Positions 56,501 to 62,500 of a stretch of 64,000 bases of DNA are shown here, one piece after another. Source of the stretch: Lytechinus pictus (taxonomy: Eukaryota); NCBI RefSeq assembly GCF_037042905.1, contig NC_087250.1, positions 24,058,001 through 24,122,000 on the forward strand. The letters are read 5' to 3'. Position 1 is the first letter of the stretch. Each line of letters starts with the position of its first letter. The translations under genes were made by a program, and so were the position numbers. The notes beneath the pieces were generated by a model. The model ran no database searches. It saw only the letters and a program-made list of their open reading frames with translations, and was not told the origin of the DNA.

Positions 56501-59500
56501 TTTACATGGGAATGTATGTCATTTTTGAGAAATTAATCCGTTGCCATGGCAACGGCCGAAAATGGCATTTTAAAATTTACCTCCCACCTTTAAAATTAAT
56601 CTTACGGCATATACTAATACTTGTGAAAGTTTCATGCTTTAGTCAAAATTTGCACAATTGTTGTGATTTTTGGAGCTAATCCGCTCTACTAATAAGCCAA
56701 TTCTAATATATACATGTATATATGTATGTCTCAGCCCCTCTATCCTCATATGCATGAATTTCCTTGACAAACACTCTTCTTCTTCCATTTAATATCAAGT
56801 GATGCACTTCACTGATAATTGTCGTAGCTGAAGTAGTTTATAAGCTGAAATCAGTGTGACAATTTAAAACAATGTTTGCTTGAAATTAAGATAGGGGTGA
56901 GAGTTTCCATTGATACCAACGATTCAGAAAATATTGAAAACTTAAAGAATGAATGTTTTCAGTTAGGTTTGTATTCCTTGCTTAATCTGTGCAGAAAATT
57001 GTCCCCTCTCAGTGTTTTCCTATACTCTGTGTCCTTTTGGTTCCTTCTTTCAGCCACTTGCCTTCAACTACTTGGAGTCCGACGTCCAGAACTTGACAGG
57101 AAACATCAGGTAAAAGAAAAATACTTAGCATACTAGGGCTGTTTGTCCTGCTATTAATTGGAAAGTAATCTTTTTAGTTAACCCATACAGATTTTATGGG
57201 GCTGTTTTGCAATATAAAATGACTATTATAGGCAGTCTTGAGTAGATTTGCTCCTAGTTTCCACTGCGCTATTTCCCCCTGTACATTGCCAATAGTACAG
57301 TACCTCATGATTAAAGTTCAACAACACTCTTTTGTAAGACCTGAAAAGTGAGTGAACTCGAGTTTCTGGGTTGTAGCTTATGGTTAATAGGCAAAAAAAA
57401 TAGGTTCATCGTTTGACTCTTGCCAATCCTGCAGATTTTTCTGCTTTATTCATCTTTGACCAAGCAAAACGTGCCTGCTGACCCTAATTTTCATTATTTT
57501 TTTCTAAACTGGTGAATGATGCAGTAGAACATGGGAAGGGGGGGGGGGGGAAGTTACCGATTTACCAATCCATTATTTATTTTACCTTTGTAATGGCAAA
57601 CACATTTTATTCATGCCTAAGACTGGGAAGTGTTATTTCAACCTGTTGTCTCCTTTTCACAGAATGATGAAGTTCTTCTTCTACATGGTCCTATTCATTC
57701 ACATGCTGGCGTGTATGTGGTACATGAATGCTTGTCCACCTGTCTTCAAGTACCCTATCACTAGGGATACATTCAGTGGCTTCATCAACACCAACTTCCA
57801 CCGCTGCAAGAACAACTCGTGGACATCCAAAACAGATACTAGTTTCTGTACGTCAGTGTGATTAGTTAGATAACTACTAGTTAGATTAGTTGATTAGAAT
57901 TTAGCTTTTAGATTTAATTTCCTATCTTTATCCAAGAAAGATTTATTTCATTTATTGAAGAGCTGAAATATGTTCATTTACACTTGTGTTTGTCACATGC
58001 AGATATAATTTTGAATTTGTATTACCATAAACGTTTATGATTTTAGATTGACAGCTGCTCAAAGATATGGCAGTAAGGTGACTCTTTGTTTAAATAATTG
58101 TAGCAGAACTCTTTGTCTCAAAAATTTTACCAAAAATTTATATTTCAAATAATATGTTTCCACACATGGGCAGGATTACCCTCACCATCAAATTGAGTTT
58201 TTTTTTTTTTTAAGGTGTCTAGATAACCGAATTAGCAGTATCACATTGCAGCTGCTGTACTTGATTCGTTAATAACCCTGGCCTTATTCTTTTGTGTGTT
58301 GATAGACAATCAATCAATTGCTGCCCAATATGTGACCAGTATGTACTGGGCATCAGCCACCGGAGCATCAGTAGGATATGGAGATATCCATGCCAACAAC
58401 GTATCAGAGGTAAGTGTACCCTACTCTCCGAGTGGTCCAAGTCACCTGGCTGACACATGAAAGTCGGGGGGTTCCATCCCCGGTCTCGGCACTTGTGCCC
58501 GTGGGGCATTTAATCAACAGTACTCTTTTTATCCTACATTCAAATAATTAGATATGTTAGCTGTATGCATTCTTGGTAACTATGTGTGCAGCTGTTTTAG
58601 AAATTGAAATATTGAGGTCAATGTTGGATATTTTAATTACCCTCACCAAAGTGGCATCAAGACAGATGTTTATAGTTTTTGCCTGGGCTAGCATTCTGAA
58701 AATCTTCCATATTGAAAATTTTATAGTGCATTTTGAAGGTGAATGGTTGAAGTGTGCCAAATTGCATCAATATACCAGCAAGCCAAATGTGTGCAATGTC
58801 ATGCCAATGGCTCATCTCATTTCTGATCACAATAAATGTGAAAAAAGGTAACAGACAGAAGAATGCTCAGAATACTGGCCCTGGCTTGTAATATTTAGTT
58901 TAACACTTTTACTGTATAATTATGATAACACAAATATTTTCTTCAACCAGTTTTGCCTGTAAACAATGTGTGCACATTCTTGATTCCCTGAAACAGCCAG
59001 TTGGTTACAATGACTTATCCATGAAATATCCATTTATAACCTGTGTTTAAAGTAGCAAATGCAAATTAGTGTCTTGCCTAAGACCCTATATGTAGCAATG
59101 ATTTTGAATTTGTATTGTTGTTTCTGGGGACTTATGCACTAATCCATAACTCCTCTAATATATTCTTTTGTTTATCCTCAGATGATCTTAGCCCTCTTCT
59201 CCATGATCGTTGGTATTGTCTTTTTCGGGTACATCATAGCTAGCGTAGCAGCCAGCTTGGCCAACGCAGACGCCCAGAGAGCACGATACCAGGAGAAGCT
59301 TACAGCCATCAAGAGATACCTCAAGGTATGGAGTGTTCACGTACATAATAAGTCAATATAAAGATGTTGATATGAGGAGGGACTTTAGCTCATTTGGTAG
59401 ATTAATGTATAAGGGGGGGGGGGAGTTGTGCTTGCCAAAAGATTTAGTCTTATGGTAGGGGGTCCTAAAGCTACGCACCACTCATCACGCATGCAGTTTT

Positions 59501-62500
59501 TATGGCAAATGCGCACTTTGTGTGTGGGACTGTGACTGCAGAGTGACGAATGATTCCTATTCAATTTTTTTCTACAAAGGCTGCATTAAATCTCTAAATG
59601 CAGAGAAAACCAACAACTGTTTGGAATTTCGGAGTTATATTCGCTTTAATTTCATTTTATCCTATTAATATATTTTAGAAATTGAGGCACAGGAAATACT
59701 ATTTTTTTGCATGATAAATCGAGTGCGTAGCTTTAGGACCCCTTCTACATCGGGCAGCGAAATCAAGAGGTGTTCGGAAAACACAGCGGGATTTTCGTAA
59801 TAGTGAGTTTTGCGATATTTTGTTCTTGGTTGATGATCTTAAGAATGTTTGCCACAAATTAGTGAAAGATAATTCGTTGAAATATTAAAATTGGCACAGT
59901 TTTTATCATTTGTAAACAAAGTGCGTAGCTTTAGGTCCCCCCCATCATACTTGTCATTAAACTTAAATACCCAGCTGTACAGGTATTATTTTGACAATTT
60001 GACGACCCAGGGCCCCATTGCATAAAGTTACTACCAGTATTATAGTAACTTTGCCATCTAATGAAAACTTCCCTGAAATCCTTGATTCTGATTGGCTGAT
60101 AAGCATTGCTACTATGGAAGTTACCATTGTAGAGCAAAGTGACTATTATAGTTTATGCAACTGGGCCCAGTTATAACAGGCCCCTGCAGAAAGAGGCCCT
60201 GGGGCCAAATGCAGACAGAATCATATCACATACAAGGGACATGCCACATCAAGAGGTTACCAGTTGTAATTATGTCCCGGAGGGAGGGGTGGGGGGCAAG
60301 TACAATTGTTAAGTGTCTTATTCCTCTCTCAGCAGAAATTACATTTTTAATCTAATGATTTTAATGTATAAAAGACAAACATGACGAACGTGGAAAGCTC
60401 TGTGAATGTTAGTGTGATTTGCTATGACAATAATAATGATTTAAAGATTCATATTTTGCACACATTTGTTGATAATGACACTCAAGGTGCACAATTAACA
60501 TATGACAACTTATCCAATACAGAATATAAAATCTATAATGGAAATCGAAAAAAAAATGACAAGTGAGGGATGCGGCACAGACTTTTATTAATCAATGTAT
60601 CAAACGGAAGCTTTTCATGAAAAAGCTCCCTCGTATTTAAACAATGATTGCCTTGACCCATAGCTGTCCATAACAAATGTTTATTAGAGATGAAAGTTTA
60701 ATGATCGTTCAAATATTTGTTATCCCTGATCACACACAGGACCAGGCTGTTGAGAAATCCTTGGCGCAGCACGTTGACGTCTACTACAACTACATGTGGC
60801 TCAGGACTAAGGGTGTGGAACCGGACTCCCTGTTTGATGGACTTCCTCTGGCTCTCAAAGCTGATGTCTCCCTTGACCTCTATCAAGGGATCATCAACAA
60901 GGTATAATTATGGTCTTGGTTTAATCATATTCAATGAACAAAGTCCTCATTGATGAAAACAACAGGAGGTTGGTGGGGTTGTTTTACAAAGATTTAAAGA
61001 CAGAGACCCGTATTCTGAAGTCGGGTTTAACTTAAACTCTGGTTTAAAGTTGTGGTTTAACTATAGAAAGCCAGATGTCACATAAATTTCTAATGTTTAA
61101 GGTTCAATGTATCGGCTCATTTGGCTCTCAAATCATTCTTAACTGCCTGGGAAGGGTATATAAGATAGTGTCTTCTCCATTCAAGAATTAGAAAAAACCA
61201 CAGTGAAACATAACAAAGATGCAATGTAAACAAGATTCTGACATTTTTGGCTTCCCACAATTTTAGTACAAAGTTAGACCACGGACTAAGTTAAACCCGA
61301 CTTCAGAATACGGGCCAAAGAATCATCACTTTTCATGAAGAATTCAATTTGACTTGGGATTAACCTCTAGGGTTACAATAAATATTCCCAGTGCTTTTAA
61401 CAAATGTAGTGCCAGCAAATTATAATTTACTCCCTAAGAGAGGTGACGATCCCCTCCCCCCACCAATTTAAGTGTGAGTAAACTATTACACTGACATCAT
61501 TACATTGGTCTGAATCAAATTAAGGATGTGCTGACCAAGTACTATCCAATGACATTGCAGGATGAATATTGTGTGTACTTTGGCCATTAACCATGACCTA
61601 TTATTGAACATAAATGGAATTTGTCACTGTTTTGTGACCATATCTGACAGATAAATTGTTATATGGAGTGGTTCAGTAATGTTCCTTGTGTCGGCATTTA
61701 ATATCTTTCCTCTTAAATCTGTTCAACCCCCAGGTACCATTGTTCCAGAACACAGAGATAGGCTTTCAAAAGATGTTGGCAATGTGCATCAAGCCAGTCT
61801 ACTACCTCAACAGGGAATACATTGTACGCAAACATGACTTTGGAAAAGAAGTAAGTATATGTTTGGCCTGTCCATCTTGTTAAATATGTCTCACTTGCAG
61901 TATGATTATAACCATTGCTATTTTTCAATTTAGCAACAGCGTAAGCAACAAAAATCACAATTATATTTTTGGAAACATCAACAAAAAGCACAAAAGTGTT
62001 AAATTGTCAATGAACTTTCCAAGCAAAATCTATATTTTACCCCTAAGGGACTGGGCTATATGAGATTTATTGAGGTAGGGAGGGGGAATCATATGATGGC
62101 TCCCCTTCTGATCTTGGGGTTATGGGGGGGGGGGGCAACAGTATTGTCCATGATGTGAGCAACTGGAATGTAGCTTGAGTATACTGCACTACTATTGATA
62201 GAAGAGCAATTCCATAAGATTTTTATGTCTGACCCTCCTATAAATGGAACCTGCCTGAATTTACTTATCTTAGTTTTCTAGCTTGGCATCCTGTCAAAAG
62301 TCTTGAGCTGCGTCTTTTCTGCAGGAAAATTGCAAGCAGCTTTTCATTACTGATAACATCATGCGTAATTTAGTGGTCATGCCCCTTACTACGATGTCAT
62401 TGACTTTGAGCGTTGAAAGTTGAGATCGCTTTTCATGACTGATTCTGACATTTTATCGTGGACAAAAGTATGAGGAGTATGGTAAATTGGATATGAAAAG

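Noticed and set aside
51620..56690. Polinton/Maverick interpretation (AGTAG...CTACT ends)
   Set aside because: No 6-bp TSD and no coding capacity; TAGT..ACTA with a 3-bp TSD fits better.
58424..58545. tRNA-like sequence
   Set aside because: Degenerate A/B boxes and no cloverleaf; more likely a decayed SINE head than a tRNA gene.
60677..60953. Alternative-frame and antisense ORFs over exons (also 17331, 26615, 58219, 62642)
   Set aside because: Shadows of real coding exons; no independent evidence.
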